Of a stretch of 64,000 nucleotides of DNA, positions 39,801-55,070 are shown in pieces. Both the position numbers and the translations under genes were made by a program. The notes under the pieces are model-generated. The model saw nothing but the letters and a program-made list of their open reading frames with translations, made no database searches and was not told the DNA's origin. Where the stretch lies: positions 274,288,001 through 274,352,000 of the forward strand of contig OZ024741.1 of assembly GCA_964016885.1 (NCBI GenBank), in the 5' to 3' direction. Each line of letters starts with the position of its first letter. The first letter of the stretch is position 1. The DNA is from Eledone cirrhosa (lineage: Eukaryota).

Positions 39801-42800
39801 GTTGGTAGGAGACACTAATCCGTTGGTAGGTTAACACACTATGTGGGAGGGGACACCAATCCGTTGGTAGGAGACACTAATCCGTTGGTAGGTTAACACA
39901 CTATGTGGGAGGGGACACTAATCCGTTGGTAGGAGACACTAATCCGTTGGTAGGTTAACACACTATGTGGGAGGGGACACCAATCCGTTGGTAGGAGACA
40001 CTAATCCGTTGGTAGGTTAACACACTATGTGGGAGAGGACACTAATCCGTTGGTAGGAGACACTAATCCGTTGGTAGGTTAACACACTATGTGGGAGAGG
40101 ACACTAATCCGTTGGTAGGTTAACACACTATGTGGGAGAGGACACTAATCCGTTGGTAGGTTAACACACTATGTGGGAGAGGACACTAATCCGTTGGTAG
40201 GTTAACACACTATGTGGGAGAGGACACTAATCCGTTGGTAGGTTAACACACTATGTGGGAGAGGACACTAATCCGTTGGTAGGTTAACGCACTATGTGGG
40301 AGAGGACACTAATCCGTTGGTAGGAGACACTAATCCGTTGGTAGGTTAACACACTATGTGGGAGAGGACACTAATCCGTTGGTAGGTTAACACACTATGT
40401 GGGAGAGGACACTAATCCGTTGGTAGGAGACACTAATCCGTTGGTAGGTTAACACACTATGTGGGAGAGGACACTAATCCGTTGGTAGGAGACACTAATC
40501 CGTTGGTAGGTTAACACACTATGTGGGAGAGGACACTAATCCGTTGGTAGGTTAACACACTATGTTGGAGAGGACACTAATCCGTTGGCAGGTTAACACA
40601 CTATGTGGGAGAGGACACTAATCCGTTGGTAGGTTAACACACTATGTGGGAGAGGACACTAATCCGTTGGTAGGAGACACTAATCCGTTGGTAGGTTAAC
40701 ACACTATGTGGGAGAGGACACTAATCCGTTGGTAGGAGACACTAATCCGTTGGTAGGTTAACACACTATGTGGGAGAGGACACTAATCCGTTGGTAGGTT
40801 AACACACTATGTGGGAGAGGACACTAATCCGTTGGTAGGAGACACTAATCCGTTGGTAGGTTAACACACTATGTGGAAGAGGACACTAATCCGTTGGTAG
40901 GAGACACTAATCCGTTGGTAGGTTAACACACTATGTGGAAGAGGACACTAATCCGTTGGTAGGTTAACACACTATGTGGGAGAGGACACTAATCCGTTGG
41001 TAGGAGACACTAATCCGTTGGTAGGTTAACACACTATGTGGGAGAGGACACTAATCCGTTGGTAGGTTAACACACTATGTGGGAGAGGACACTAATCCGT
41101 TGGTAGGTTAACACACTATGTGGGAGAGGACACTAATCCGTTGGTAGGAGACACTAATCCGTTGGTAGGTTAACACACTATGTGGGAGAGGACACTAATC
41201 CGTTGGTAGGAGACACTAATCCGTTGGTAGGTTAACACACTATGTGGGAGAGGACACTAATCCGTTGGTAGGTTAACACACTATGTGGGAGAGGACACTA
41301 ATCCGTTGGTAGGTTAACACACTATGTGGGAGAGGACACTAATCCGTTGGTAGGAGACACTAATCCGTTGGTAGGGTAACACACTATGTGGGAGAGGACA
41401 CTAATCCGTTGGTAGGTTAACACACTATGTGGGAGAGGACACTAATCCGTTGGTAGGAGACACTAATCCGTTGGTAGGTTAACACACTATGTGGGAGAGG
41501 ACACTAATCCGTTGGTAGATTAACACACTATGTGGGAGAGGACACTAATCCGTTGGTAGGTTAACACACTATGTGGGAGATGACACTAATCCGTTGGTAG
41601 GTTAACACACTATGTGGGAGAGGACACTAATCCGTTGGTAGGAGACACTAATCCGTTGGTAGGTTAACACACTATGTGGGAGGGGACACTAATCCGTTGG
41701 TAGGTTAACACACTATGTGGGAGAGGACACTAATCCGTTGGTAGGTTAACACACTATGTGGGAGAGGACACTAATCCGTTGGTAGGTTAACACACTATGT
41801 GGGAGGGGACACTAATCCGTTGGTAGGTTAACACACTATGTGGGAGAGGACACTAATCTGTTGGTAGGAGACACTAATCCGTTGGTAGGTTAACACACTA
41901 TGTGGGAGGGGACACCAATCCGTTGGTAGGTTAACACACTATGTGGGAGGGGACACCAATCCGTTGGTAGGTTAACACACTATGTGGGAGGGGACACTAA
42001 TCCGTTGGTAGGTTAACACACTATGTGGGAGGGGACACTAATCCGTTGGTAGGAGACACTAATCCGTTGGTAGGTTAACACACTATGTGGGAGGGGACAC
42101 TAATCCGTTGGTAGGAGACACTAATCCGTTGGTAGGTTAACACACTATGTGGGAGGGGACACCAATCCGTTGGTAGGTTAACACACTATGTGGGAGGGGA
42201 CACTAATCCGTTGGTAGGTTAACACACTATGTGGGAGGGGACACTAATCCGTTGGTAGGAGATACTAATCCGTTGGTAGGTTAACACACTATGTGGGAGG
42301 GGACACCAATCCGTTGGTAGGTTAACACACTATGTGGGAGGGGACACTAATCCGTTGGTAGGTTAACACACTATGTGGGAGAGGGGACACTAATCCGTTG
42401 GTAGGAGACACTAATCCGTTGGTAGGTTAACACACTATGTGGGAGGGGACACTAATCCGTTGGTAGGAGACACTAATCCGTTGGTAGGTTAACACACTAT
42501 GTGGGAGGGGACACTAATCCGTTGGTAGGTGACACTAATCCGTTGGTAGGTTAACACACTATGTGGGAGGGGACACTAATCCGTTGGTAGGAGACACTAA
42601 TCCATTGGTAGGTTAACACACTATGTGGGAGAGGACACTAATCCGTTGGTAGGAGACACTAATCCGTTGGTAGGTTAACACACTATGTGGGAGGGGACAC
42701 CAATCCGTTGGTAGGAGACACTAATCCGTTGGTAGGTTAACACACTATGTGGGAGGGGACACTAATCCGTTGGTAGGAGACACTAATCCGTTGGTAGGTT

Positions 42801-45800
42801 AACACACTATGTGGGAGGGGACACCAATCCGTTGGTAGGAGACACTAATCCGTTGGTAGGTTAACACACTATGTGGGAGAGGACACTAATCCGTTGGTAG
42901 GAGACACTAATCCGTTGGTAGGTTAACACACTATGTGGGAGAGGACACTAATCCGTTGGTAGGTTAACACACTATGTGGGAGAGGACACTAATCCGTTGG
43001 TAGGAGACACTAATCCGTTGGTAGGTTAACACACTATGTGGGAGGGGACACTAATCCGTTGGTAGGAGACACTAATCCGTTGGTAGGAGACACTAATCCG
43101 TTGGTAGGTTAACACACTATGTGGGAGAGGACACTAATCCGTTGGTAGGTTAACACACTATGTGGGAGAGGACACTAATCCGTTGGTAGGTTAACACACT
43201 ATGTGGGAGAGGACACTAATCCGTTGGTAGGTTAACACACTATGTGGGAAAGGACACTAATCCGTTGGTAGGTTAACACACTATGTGGGAGAGGACACTA
43301 ATCCGTTGGTAGGAGACACTAATCCGTTGGTAGGTTAACACACTATGTGGGAGAGGACACTAATCCGTTGGTAGGAGACACTAATCCGTTGGTAGGTTAA
43401 CACACTATGTGGGAGAGGACACTAATCCGTTGGTAGGTTAACACACTATGTGGGAGAGGACACTAATCCGTTGGTAGGTTAACACACTATGTGGGAGAGG
43501 GCACTAATCCGTTGGTAGGAGACACTAATCCGTTGGTAGGTTAACACACTATGTGGGAGAGGACACTAATCCGTTGGTAGGTTAACACACTATGTGGGAG
43601 AGGACACTAATCCGTTGGTAGGTTAACACACTATGTGGGAGAGGACACTAATCCGTTGGTAGGTTAACACACTATGTGGGAGAGGACACTAATCCGTTGG
43701 TAGGTTAACACACTATGTGGGAGAGGACACTAATCCGTTGGTAGGAGACACTAATCCGTTGGTAGGTTAACACACTATGTGGGAGAGGACACTAATCCGT
43801 TGGTAGGAGACACTAATCCGTTGGTAGGTTAACACACTATGTGGGAGAGGAGACTAATCCGTTGGTAGGAGACACTAATCCGTTGGTAGGTTAACACTCT
43901 ATGTGGGAGAGGACACTAATCCGTTGGTAGGAGACACTAATCCGTTGGTAGGTTAACACACTATGTGGGAGAGGACACTAATCCGTTGGTAGGTTAACAC
44001 ACTATGTGGGAGAGGACACTAATCCGTTGGTAGGAGACACTAATCCGTTGGTAGGTTAACACACTATGTGGGAGAGGACACTAATCCGTTGGTAGGTTAA
44101 CACACTATGTGGGAGAGGACCTTAATCCGTTGGTAGGTTAACACACTATGTGGGAGAGGACACTAATCCGTTGGTAGGAGACACTAATCCGTTGGTAGGT
44201 TAACACACTATGTGGGAGAGGACACTAATCCGTTGGTAGGAGACACTAATCCGTTGGTAGGTTAACACACTATGTGGGAGAGGACACTAATCCGTTGGTA
44301 GGTTAACACACTATGTGGGAGAGGACACTAATCCGTTGGTAGGTTAACACACTATGTGGGAGAGGACACTAATCCGTTGGTAGGAGACACTAATCCGTTG
44401 GTAGGTTAACACACTATGTGGGAGAGGACACTAATCCGTTGGTAGGTTAACACACTATGTGGGAGAGGACACTAATCCGTTGGTAGGAGACACTAATCCG
44501 TTGGTAGGTTAACACACTATGTGGGAGAGGACACTAATCCGTTGGTAGGTTAACACACTATGTGGGAGAGGACACTAATCCGTTGGTAGGTTAACACACT
44601 ATGTGGGAGAGGACACTAATCCGTTGGTAGGTTAACACACTATGTGGGAGAGGACACTAATCCGTTGGTAGGTTAACACACTATGTGGGAGAGGACACTA
44701 ATCCGTTGGTAGGAGACACTAATCCGTTGGTAGGTTAACACACTATGTGGGAGAGGACACTAATCCGTTGGTAGGAGACACTAATCCGTTGGTAGGTTAA
44801 CACACTATGTGGGAGAGGACACTAATCCGTTGGTAGGTTAACACACTATGTGGGAGGGGACACTAATCCGTTGGTAGGTTAACACACTATGTGGGAGAGG
44901 ACACTAATCCGTTGGTAGGTTAACACACTATGTGGGAGAGGACACTAATCCGTTGGTAGGTTAACACACTATGTGGGAGAGGACACTAATCCGTTGGTAG
45001 GTTAACACACTATGTGGGAGAGGACACTAATCCGTTGGTAGGAGACATTAATCCGTTGGTAGGTTAACACACTATGTGGGAGAGGACACTAATCCGTTGG
45101 TAGGTTAACACACTATGTGGGAGAGGACACTAATCCGTTGGTAGGTTAACACACTATGTGGGAGAGGACACTAATCCGTTGGTAGGAGACACTAATCCGT
45201 TGGTAGGTTAACACACTATGTGGGAGAGGACACTAATCCGTTGGTAGGTTAACACACTATGTGGGAGAGGACACTAATCCGTTGGTAGGTTAACACACTA
45301 TGTGGGAGAGGACACTAATCCGTTGGTATGAGACACTAATCCGTTGGTAGGTTAACACACTATGTGGGAGAGGACACTAATCCGTTGGTAGGTTAACACA
45401 CTATGTGGGAGAGGACACTAATCCGTTGGTAGGTTAACACACTATGTGGGAGAGGACACTAATCCGTTGGTAGGAGACACTAATCCGTTGGTAGGTTAAC
45501 ACACTATGTGGGAGAGGACACTAATCCGTTGGTAGGAGACACTAATCCGTTGGTAGGTTAACACACTATGTGGGAGAGGACACTAATCCGTTGGTAGGTT
45601 AACACACTATGTGGGAGGGGACACTAATCCGTTGGTAGGTTAACACACTATGTGGGAGAGGACACTAATCCGTTGGTAGGTTAACACACTATGTGGGAGA
45701 GGACACTAATCCGTTGGTAGGTTAACACACTATGTGGGAGATGACACTAATCCGTTGGTAGGTTAACACACTATGTGGGAGAGGACACTAATCCGTTGGT

Positions 45801-48800
45801 AGGTTAACACACTATGTGGGAGAGGACACTAATCCGTTGGTAGGTTAACACACTATGTGGGAGAGGACACTAATCCGTTGGTAGGTTAACACACTATGTG
45901 GGAGAGGACACTAATCCGTTGGTAGGTTAACACACTATGTGGGAGAGGACACTAATCCGTTGGTAGGAGACACTAATCCGTTGGTAGGTTAACACACTAT
46001 GTGGGAGAGGACACTAATCCGTTGGTAGGTTAACACACTATGTGGGAGAGGACACTAATCCGTTGGTAGGAGACACTAATCCGTTGGTAGGTTAACACAC
46101 TATGTGGGAGAGGACACTAATCCGTTGGTAGGTTAACACACTATGTGGGAGAGGACACTAATCCGTTGGTAGGAGACACTAATCCGTTGGTAGGTTAACA
46201 CACTATGTGGGAGAGGACACTAATCCGTTGGTAGGTTAACACACTATGTGGGAGGGGACACTAATCCGTTGGTAGGTTAACACACTATGTGGGAGAGGAC
46301 ACTAATCCGTTGGTAGGAGACACTAATCCGTTGGTAGGTTAACACACTATGTGGGAGAGGACACTAATCCGTTGGTAGGTTAACACACTATGTGGGAGAG
46401 GACACTAATCCGTTGGTAGGAGACACTAATCCGTTGGTAGGTTAACAAACTATGTGGGAGAGGACACTAATCCGTTGGTAGGTTAAGACACTATGTGGGA
46501 GAGGACACTAATCCGTTGGTAGGAGACACTAATCCGTTGGTAGGTTAACACACTATGTGGGAGAGGACACTAATCCGTTGGTAGGTTAACACACTATGTG
46601 GGAGGGGACACTAATCCGTTGGTAGGTTAACACACTATGTGGGAGAGGACACTAATCCGTTGGTAGGTTAACACACTATGTGGGAGAGGACACTAATCCG
46701 TTGGTAGGTTAACACACTATGTGGGAGAGGACACTAATCCGTTGGTAGGTTAACACACTATGTGGGAGAGGACACTAATCCGTTGGTAGGAGACACTAAT
46801 CCGTTGGTAGGTTAACACACTATGTGGGAGAGGACACTAATCCGTTGGTAGGAGACACTAATCCGTTGGTAGGTTAACACACTATGTGGGAGAGGACACT
46901 AATCCGTTGGTAGGTTAACACACTATGTGGGAGAGGACACTAATCCGTTGGTAGGAGACACTAATCCGTTGGTAGGAGACTCTAATCCGTTGGTAGGTTA
47001 ACACACTATGTGTGAGAGGACACTAATCCGTTGGTAGGAGACACTAATCCGTTGGTAGGTTAACACACTATGTGGGAGAGGACACTAATCCGTTGGTAGG
47101 TTAACACACTATTTGGGAGAGGACACTAATCCGTTGGTAGGTTAACACACTATGTGGGAGAGGACACTAATCCGTTGATAGGAGACACTAATCCGTTGGT
47201 AGGTTAACACACTATGTGGGAGAGGACACTAATCCGTTGGTAGGTTAACACACTATGTGGGAGAGGACACTAATCCGTTGGTAGGTTAACACACTATGTG
47301 GGAGAGGACACTAATCCGTTGGTAGGTTAACACACTATGTGGGAGAGGACACTAATCCGTTGGTAGGTTAACACACTATGTGGGAGAGGACACTAATCCG
47401 TTGGTAGGAGACACTAATCCGTTGGTAGGTTAACACACTATGTGGGAGGGGACACTAATCCGTTGGTAGGTTAACACACTATGTGGGAGAGGACACTAAT
47501 CCGTTGGTAGGAGACACTAATCCGTTGGTAGGTTAACACACTATGTGGGAGAGGACACTAATCCGTTGGTAGGAGACACTAATCCGTTGGTAGATTAACA
47601 CACTATGTGGGAGAGGACACTAATCCGTTGGTAGGTTAACACACTATGTGGGAGAGGACACTAATCCGTTGGTAGGTTAACACACTATGTGGGAGAGGAC
47701 ACTAATCCGTTGGTAGGAGACACTAATCCGTTGGTAGGTTAACACACTATGTGGGAGAGGACACTAATCCGTTGGTAGGTTAACACACTATGTGGGAGGG
47801 GACACTCATCCGTTGGTAGGTTAACACACTATGTGGGAGAGGACACTAATCCGTTGGTAGGAGACACTAATCCGTTGGTAGGTTAACACACTATGTGGGA
47901 GAGGACACTAATCCGTTGGTAGGAGACACTAATCCGTTGGTAGGTTAACACACTATGTGGGAGAGGACACTAATCCGTTGGTAGGAGACACTAATCCGTT
48001 GGTAGGTTAACACACTATGTGGGAGAGGACACTAATCCGTTGGTAGGTTAACACACTATGTGGGAGGGGACACTAATCCGTTGGTAGGTTAACACACTAT
48101 GTGGGAGAGGACACTAATCCGTTGGTAGATTAACACACTATGTGGGAGAGGACACTAATCCGTTGGTAGGTTAACACACTATGTGGGAGGGGACACTAAT
48201 CCGTTGGTAGGTTAACACACTATGTGGGAGAGGACACTAATCCGTTGGTAGGTTAACACACTATGTGGGAGAGGACACTAATCCGTTGGTAGGAGCCACT
48301 AATCCGTTGGTAGGTTAACACACTATGTGGGAGAGGACACTAATCCGTTGGTAGGTTAACACACTATGTGGGAGGGGACACTAATCCGTTGGTAGGTTAA
48401 CACACTATGTGGGAGAGGACACTAATCCGTTGGTAGGTTAACACACTATGTGGGAGAGGACACTAATCCGTTGGTAGGAGACACTAATCCGTTGGTAGGT
48501 TAACACACTATGTGGGAGAGGACACTAATCCGTTGGTAGGTTAACACACTATGTGGGAGGGGACACTAATCCGTTGGTAGGTTAACACACTATGTGGGAG
48601 AGGACTCTAATCCGTTGGTAGGTTAACACACTATGTGGGAGAGGACACTAATCCGTTGGTAGGAGACACTAATCCGTTGGTAGGTTAACACACTATGTGG
48701 GAGAGGACACTAATCCGTTGGTAGGTTAACACACTATGTGGGAGGGGACACTAATCCGTTGGTAGGTTAACACACTATGTGGGAGAGGACACTAATCCGT

Positions 48801-51800
48801 TGGTAGGTTAACACACTATGTGGGAGAGGACACTAATCCGTTGGTAGGTTAACACACTATGTGGGAGAGGACACTAATCCGTTGGTAGGTTAACACACTA
48901 TGTGGGAGAGGACACTAATCCGTTGGTAGGTTAACACACTATGTGGGAGAGGACACTAATCCGTTGGTAGGAGACACTAATCCGTTGGTAGGTTAACACA
49001 CTATGTGGGAGAGGACACTAATCCGTTGGTAGGTTAACACACTATGTGGGAGGGGACACTAATCCGTTGGTAGGTTAACACACTATGTGGGAGAGGACAC
49101 TAATCCGTTGGTAGGTTAACACACTATGTGGGAGAGGACACTAATCCGTTGGTAGGTTAACACACTATGTGGGAGAGGACACTAATCCGTTGGTAGGAGA
49201 CACTAATCCGTTGGTAGGTTAACACACTATGTGGGAGAGGACACTAATCCGTTGGTAGGAGACACTAATCCGTTGGTAGGTTAACACACTATGTGGGAGA
49301 GGACACTAATCCGTTGGTAGGTTAACACACTATGTGGGAGGGGACACTAATCCGTTGGCAGGTTAACACACTATGTGGGAGAGGACACTAATCCGTTGGT
49401 AGGTTAACACACTATGTGGGAGAGGACACTAATCCGTTGGTAGGAGACACTAATCCGTTGGTAGGTTAACACACTATGTGGGAGAGGACACTAATCCGTT
49501 GGTAGGTTAACACACTATGTGGGAGGGGACACTAATCCGTTGGTAGGTTAACACACTATGTGGGAGAGGACACTAATCCGTTGGTAGGAGACACTAATCC
49601 GTTGGTAGGTTAACACACTATGTGGGAGAGGACACTAATCCGTTGGTAGGTTAACACACTATGTGGGAGAGGACACTAATCCGTTGGTAGGAGACACTAA
49701 TCCGTTGGTAGGTTAACACACTATGTGGGAGAGGACACTAATCCGTTGGTAGGAGACACTAATCCGTTGGTAGGTTAACACACTATGTGGGAGAGGACAC
49801 TAATCCGTTGGTAGGAGACACTAATCCGTTGGTAGGTTAACACACTATGTGGTAGGGGACACTAATCTGTTGGTAGGAGACACTAATCCGTTGGTAGGTT
49901 AACACACTATGTGGGAGAGGACACTAATCCGTTGGTACGTTAACACACTATGTGGGAGAGGACACTAATCCGTTGGTAGGAGACACTAATCCGTTGGTAG
50001 GTTAACACACTATGTGGGAGGGGACACTAATCCGTTGGTAGGTTAACACACTATGTGGAAGAGGACACTAATCCGTTGGTAGGAGACACTAATCCGTTGG
50101 TAGGTTAACACACTATGAGGGAGAGGACACTAATCCGTTGGTAGGAGACACTAATCCGTTGGTAGGTTAACACACTATGTGGGAGAGGACACTAATCCGT
50201 TGGTAGGAGACACTAATCCGTTGGTAGGTTAACACACTATGTGGGAGAGGACACTAATCCGTTGGTAGGTTAACACACTATGTGGGAGAGGACACTAATC
50301 CGTTGGTAGGTTAACACACTATGTGGGAGAGGACACTAATCCGTTGGTAGGAGACACTAATCCGTTGGTAGGTTAACACACTATGTGGGAGAGGACACTA
50401 ATCCGTTGGTAGGTTAACACACTATGTGGGAGAGGACACTAATCCGTTGGTAGGAGACACTAATCCGTTGGTAGGTTAACACACTATGTGGGAGAGGACA
50501 CTAATCCGTTGGTAGGAGACACTAATCCGTTGGTAGGTTAACACACTATGTGGGAGAGGACACTAATCCGTTGGTAGGAGACACTAATCCGTTGGTAGGT
50601 TAACACACTATGTGGGAGAGGACACTAATCCGTTGGTAGGTTAACACACTATGTGGGAGAGGACACTAATCCGTTGGTAGGTTAACACACTATGTGGGAG
50701 AGGACACTAATCCGTTGGTAGGAGACACTAATCCGTTGGTAGGTTAACACACTATGTGGGAGAGGACACTAATCCGTTGGTAGGAGACACTAATCCGTTG
50801 ATAGGTTAACACACTATGTGGGAGAGGACACTAATCCGTTGGTAGGAGACACTAATCCGTTGGTAGGTTAACACACTATGTGGGAGAGGACACTAATCCG
50901 TTGGTAGGTTAACACACTATGTGGGAGAGGACACTAATTCGTTGGTAGGAGACACTAATCCGTTGGTAGGTTAACACACTATGTGGGAGAGGACACTAAT
51001 CCGTTGGTAGGAGACACTAATCCGTTGGTAGGTTAACACACTATGTGGGAGAGGACACTAATCCGTTGGTAGGAGACACTAATCCGTTGGTAGGTTAACA
51101 CACTATGTGGGAGAGGACACTAATCCGTTGGTAGGTTAACACATTATGTGAGAGAGGACACTAATCCGTTGGTAGGAGACACTAATCCGTTGGTAGGTTA
51201 ACACACTATGTGGGAGAGGACACTAATCCGTTGGTAGGAGACACTAATCCGTTGGTAGGTTAACACACTATGTGGGAGAGGACACTAATCCGTTGGTAGG
51301 TTAACACACTATGTGGGAGAGGACACTAATCCGTTGGTAGGAGACACTAATCCGTTGGTAGGTTAACACACTATGTGGGAGAGGACACTAATCCGTTTGT
51401 AGGTTAACACACTATGTGGGAGGGGACACTAATCCGTTGGTAGGTTAACACACTATGTGGGAGAGGACACTAATCCGTTGGTAGGAGACACTAATCCGTT
51501 GGTAGGTTAACACACTATGTGGGAGAGGATACTAATCCGTTGGTAGGTTAACACACTATGTGGGAGAGGACACTAATCCGTTGGTAGGTTAACACACTAT
51601 GTGGGAGAGGACACTAATCCGTTGGTAGGTTAACACACTATGTGGGAGAGGACACTAATCCGTTGGTAGGAGACACTAATCCGTTGGTAGGTTAACACAC
51701 TATGTGGGAGAGGACACTAATCCGTTGGTAGGTTAACACACTATGTGGGAGGGGACACTAATCCGTTGGTAGGTTAACACACTATGTGGGAGAGGACACT

Positions 51801-54334
51801 AATCCGTTGATAGGAGACACTAATCCGTTGGTAGGTTAACACACTATGTGGGAGGGGACACTAATCCGTTGGTAGGTTAACACACTATGTGGGAGAGGAC
51901 ACTAATCCGTTGGTAGGAGACACTAATCCGTTGGTAGGTTATCACACTATGTGGGAGGGGACACTAATCCGTTGGTAGGTTAACACACTATGTGGGAGGG
52001 GACACTAATCCGTTGGTAGGTTAACACACTATGTGGGAGAGGACACTAATCCGTTGGTAGGAGACACTAATCCGTTGGTAGGTTAACACACTATGTGGGA
52101 GAGGACACTAATCCGTTGGAGGTTAACACACTATGTGGGAGAGGACACTAATCCGTTGGTAGGAGACACTAATCCGTTGGTAGGTTAACACACTATGTGG
52201 GAGGGGACACTAATCCGTTGGTAGGTTAACACACTATGTGGGAGAGGACACTAATCCGTTGGTAGGAGACACTAATCCGTTGGTAGGTTAACACACTATG
52301 TGGGAGAGGACACTAATCCGTTGGTAGGTTAACACACTATGTGGGAGGGGACACTAATCCGTTGGTAGGTTAACACACTATGTGGGAGAGGACACTAATC
52401 CGTTGGTAGGAGACACTAATCCGTTGGTAGGTTAACACACTATGTGGGAGAGGACACTAATCCGTTGGTGGGAGACACTAATCCGTTGGTAGGTTAACAC
52501 ACTATGTGGGAGAGGACACTAATCCGTTGGTAGGAGACACTAATCCGTTGGTAGGTTAACACACTATGTGGGAGAGGACACTAATCCGTTGGTAGGAGAC
52601 ACTAATCCGTTGGTAGGTTAACACACTATGTGGGAGAGGACACTAATCCGTTGGTAGGTTAACACACTATGTGGGAGGGGACACTAATCCGTTGGTAGGT
52701 TAACACACTATGTGGGAGGGGACACTAATCCGTTGGTAGGAGACACTAATCCGTTGGTAGGTTAACACACTATGTGGGAGGGGACACTAATCCGTTGGTA
52801 GGAGACACTAATCCGTTGGTAGGTTAACACACTATGTGGGAGGGGACACCAATCCGTTGGTAGGAGACACTAATCCGTTGGTAGGTTAACACACTATGTG
52901 GGAGGGGACACTAATCCGTTGGTAGGAGACACTAATCCGTTGGTAGGTTAACACACTATGTGGGAGGGGACACCAATCCGTTGGTAGGAGACACTAATCC
53001 GTTGGTAGGTTAACACACTATGTGGGAGGGGACACCAATCCGTTGGTAGGAGACACTAATCCGTTGGTAGGTTAACACACTATGTGGGAGGGGACACCAA
53101 TCCGTTGGTAGGAGACACTAATCCGTTGGTAGGTTAACACACTATGTGGGAGGGGACACTAATCCGTTGGTGGGAGACACTAATCCGTTGGTAGGTTAAC
53201 ACACTATGTGGGAGAGGACACTAATCCGTTGGTAGGTTAACACACTATGTGGGAGAGGACACTAATCCGTTGGTAGGTTAACACACTATGTGGGAGGGGA
53301 CACCAATCCGTTGGTAGGAGACACTAATCCGTTGGTAGGTTAACACACTATGTGGGAGGTGACACTAATCCGTTGGTGGGAGACACTAATCCGTTGGTAG
53401 GTTAACACACTATGTGGGAGGGGACACTAATCCGTTGGTAGGAGACACTAATCCGTTGGTAGGTTAACACACTATGTGGGAGGGGACACTAATCCGTTGG
53501 TGGGAGACACTAATCCGTTGGTAGGTTAACACACTATGTGGGAGAGGACACTAATCCGTTGGTAGGTTAACACACTATGTGGGAGAGGACACTAATCCGT
53601 TGGTAGGTTAACACACTATGTGGGAGGGGACACCAATCCGTTGGTAGGAGACACTAATCCGTTGGTAGGTTAACACACTATGTGGGAGGGGACACTAATC
53701 CGTTGGTGGGAGACACTAATCCGTTGGTAGGTTAACACACTATGTGGGAGAGGACACTAATCCGTTGGTAGGTTAACACACTATGTGGGAGAGGACACTA
53801 ATCCGTTGGTAGGTTAACACACTATGTGGGAGGGGACACTAATCCGTTGGTAGGAGACACTAATCCGTTGGTAGGTTAACACACTATGTGGGAGGGGACA
53901 CTAATCCGTTGGTAGGAGACACTAATCCGTTGGTAGGTTAACACACTATGTGGGAGAGGACACTAATCCGTTGGTAGGTTAACACACTATGTGGGAGAGG
54001 ACACTAATCCGTTGGTAGGTTAACACACTATGTGGGAGGGGACACCAATCCGTTGGTAGGGGACACTAATCCGTTGGTAGGTTAACACACTATGTGGGAG
54101 GGGACACTAATCCGTTGGTGGGAGACACTAATCCGTTGGTAGGTTAACACACTATGTGGGAGGGGACACTAATCCGTTGGTAGGAGACACTAATCCGTTG
54201 GTAGGTTAACACACTATGTGGGAGAGGACACTAATCCGTTGGTAGTAGACACTAATCCGTTGGTAGGTTAACACACTATGTGGGAGGGGACACTAATCCG
54301 TTGGTAGGAGACGCTAATCCGTTGGTAGGTTAAC
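24875..54334. repeat. ~29.4-kb satellite of 41-bp and 21-bp units sharing a 20-bp core
   Basis: Long unit gacactaatccgttggtaggttaacacactatgtgggag(a/g)g and short unit gacactaatccgttggtagga. Diverged monomers lie at 24875-25070. Confidence 0.98.
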
Positions 54335-54359
54335 CACCAGCTTCTGTTGGTAATCATTT

Positions 54360-54478
54360 TTCACTTGAATTGACATAGCAACGTGTTATTAAGTATCTTT
54401 TTCAAGGACCACAACGCATGGCACGGCCCCCGGATCGAAACTACGACATGACGATCGTAAGCTCAAGACGCTACACAA
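54360..54478 (-). mobile_element. Diverged CORE-type SINE at the right edge of the satellite
   Basis: Minus strand gtttcgatccgggg...gcgttgtggtccttgaaaaagatactt. Confidence 0.45.
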
Positions 54479-54620
54479 GATTGCGAGACTTGACAGACGG
54501 TGCAGGTGATTGCCATGTTGAATGTGTAGAGACCGTTCACGGAAGTGTAGAAGACCACATAATGTCTGTGTGTAGGCGAATGATTATATAGTATTGGTGT
54601 ATGAAGGTTAGATGAAGTCC

Positions 54621-54800
<180 letters not shown>

Positions 54801-55070
54801 CATCATCAGCGGCCCCCGCAGCACCGTATTAGTTGAGAGGACAGCCCCCTACCCCAATCTCCAGCTAGAGATCAAAGAAGAAGTACCAAATGTTGAAAAT
54901 AATTATAGATAGAGATAAATAAATAAAACTTAGAGAGGCCATGTTGAAACCAATCTTTAAAAAACTACCAAGATTGGCAGTTCAATATATGATTACAGGT
55001 CTACCAAATATAAACAAAATCTTTCAGTACATAGAAGTACGAAAATATTCAACAAGAGAAACGTCTAGCT

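Noticed and set aside
24875-54334. CRISPR-like array (constant 20-bp repeat with intervening sequence)
   Set aside because: The intervening sequence is invariant rather than unique spacers. There are no cas genes and the context is eukaryotic.
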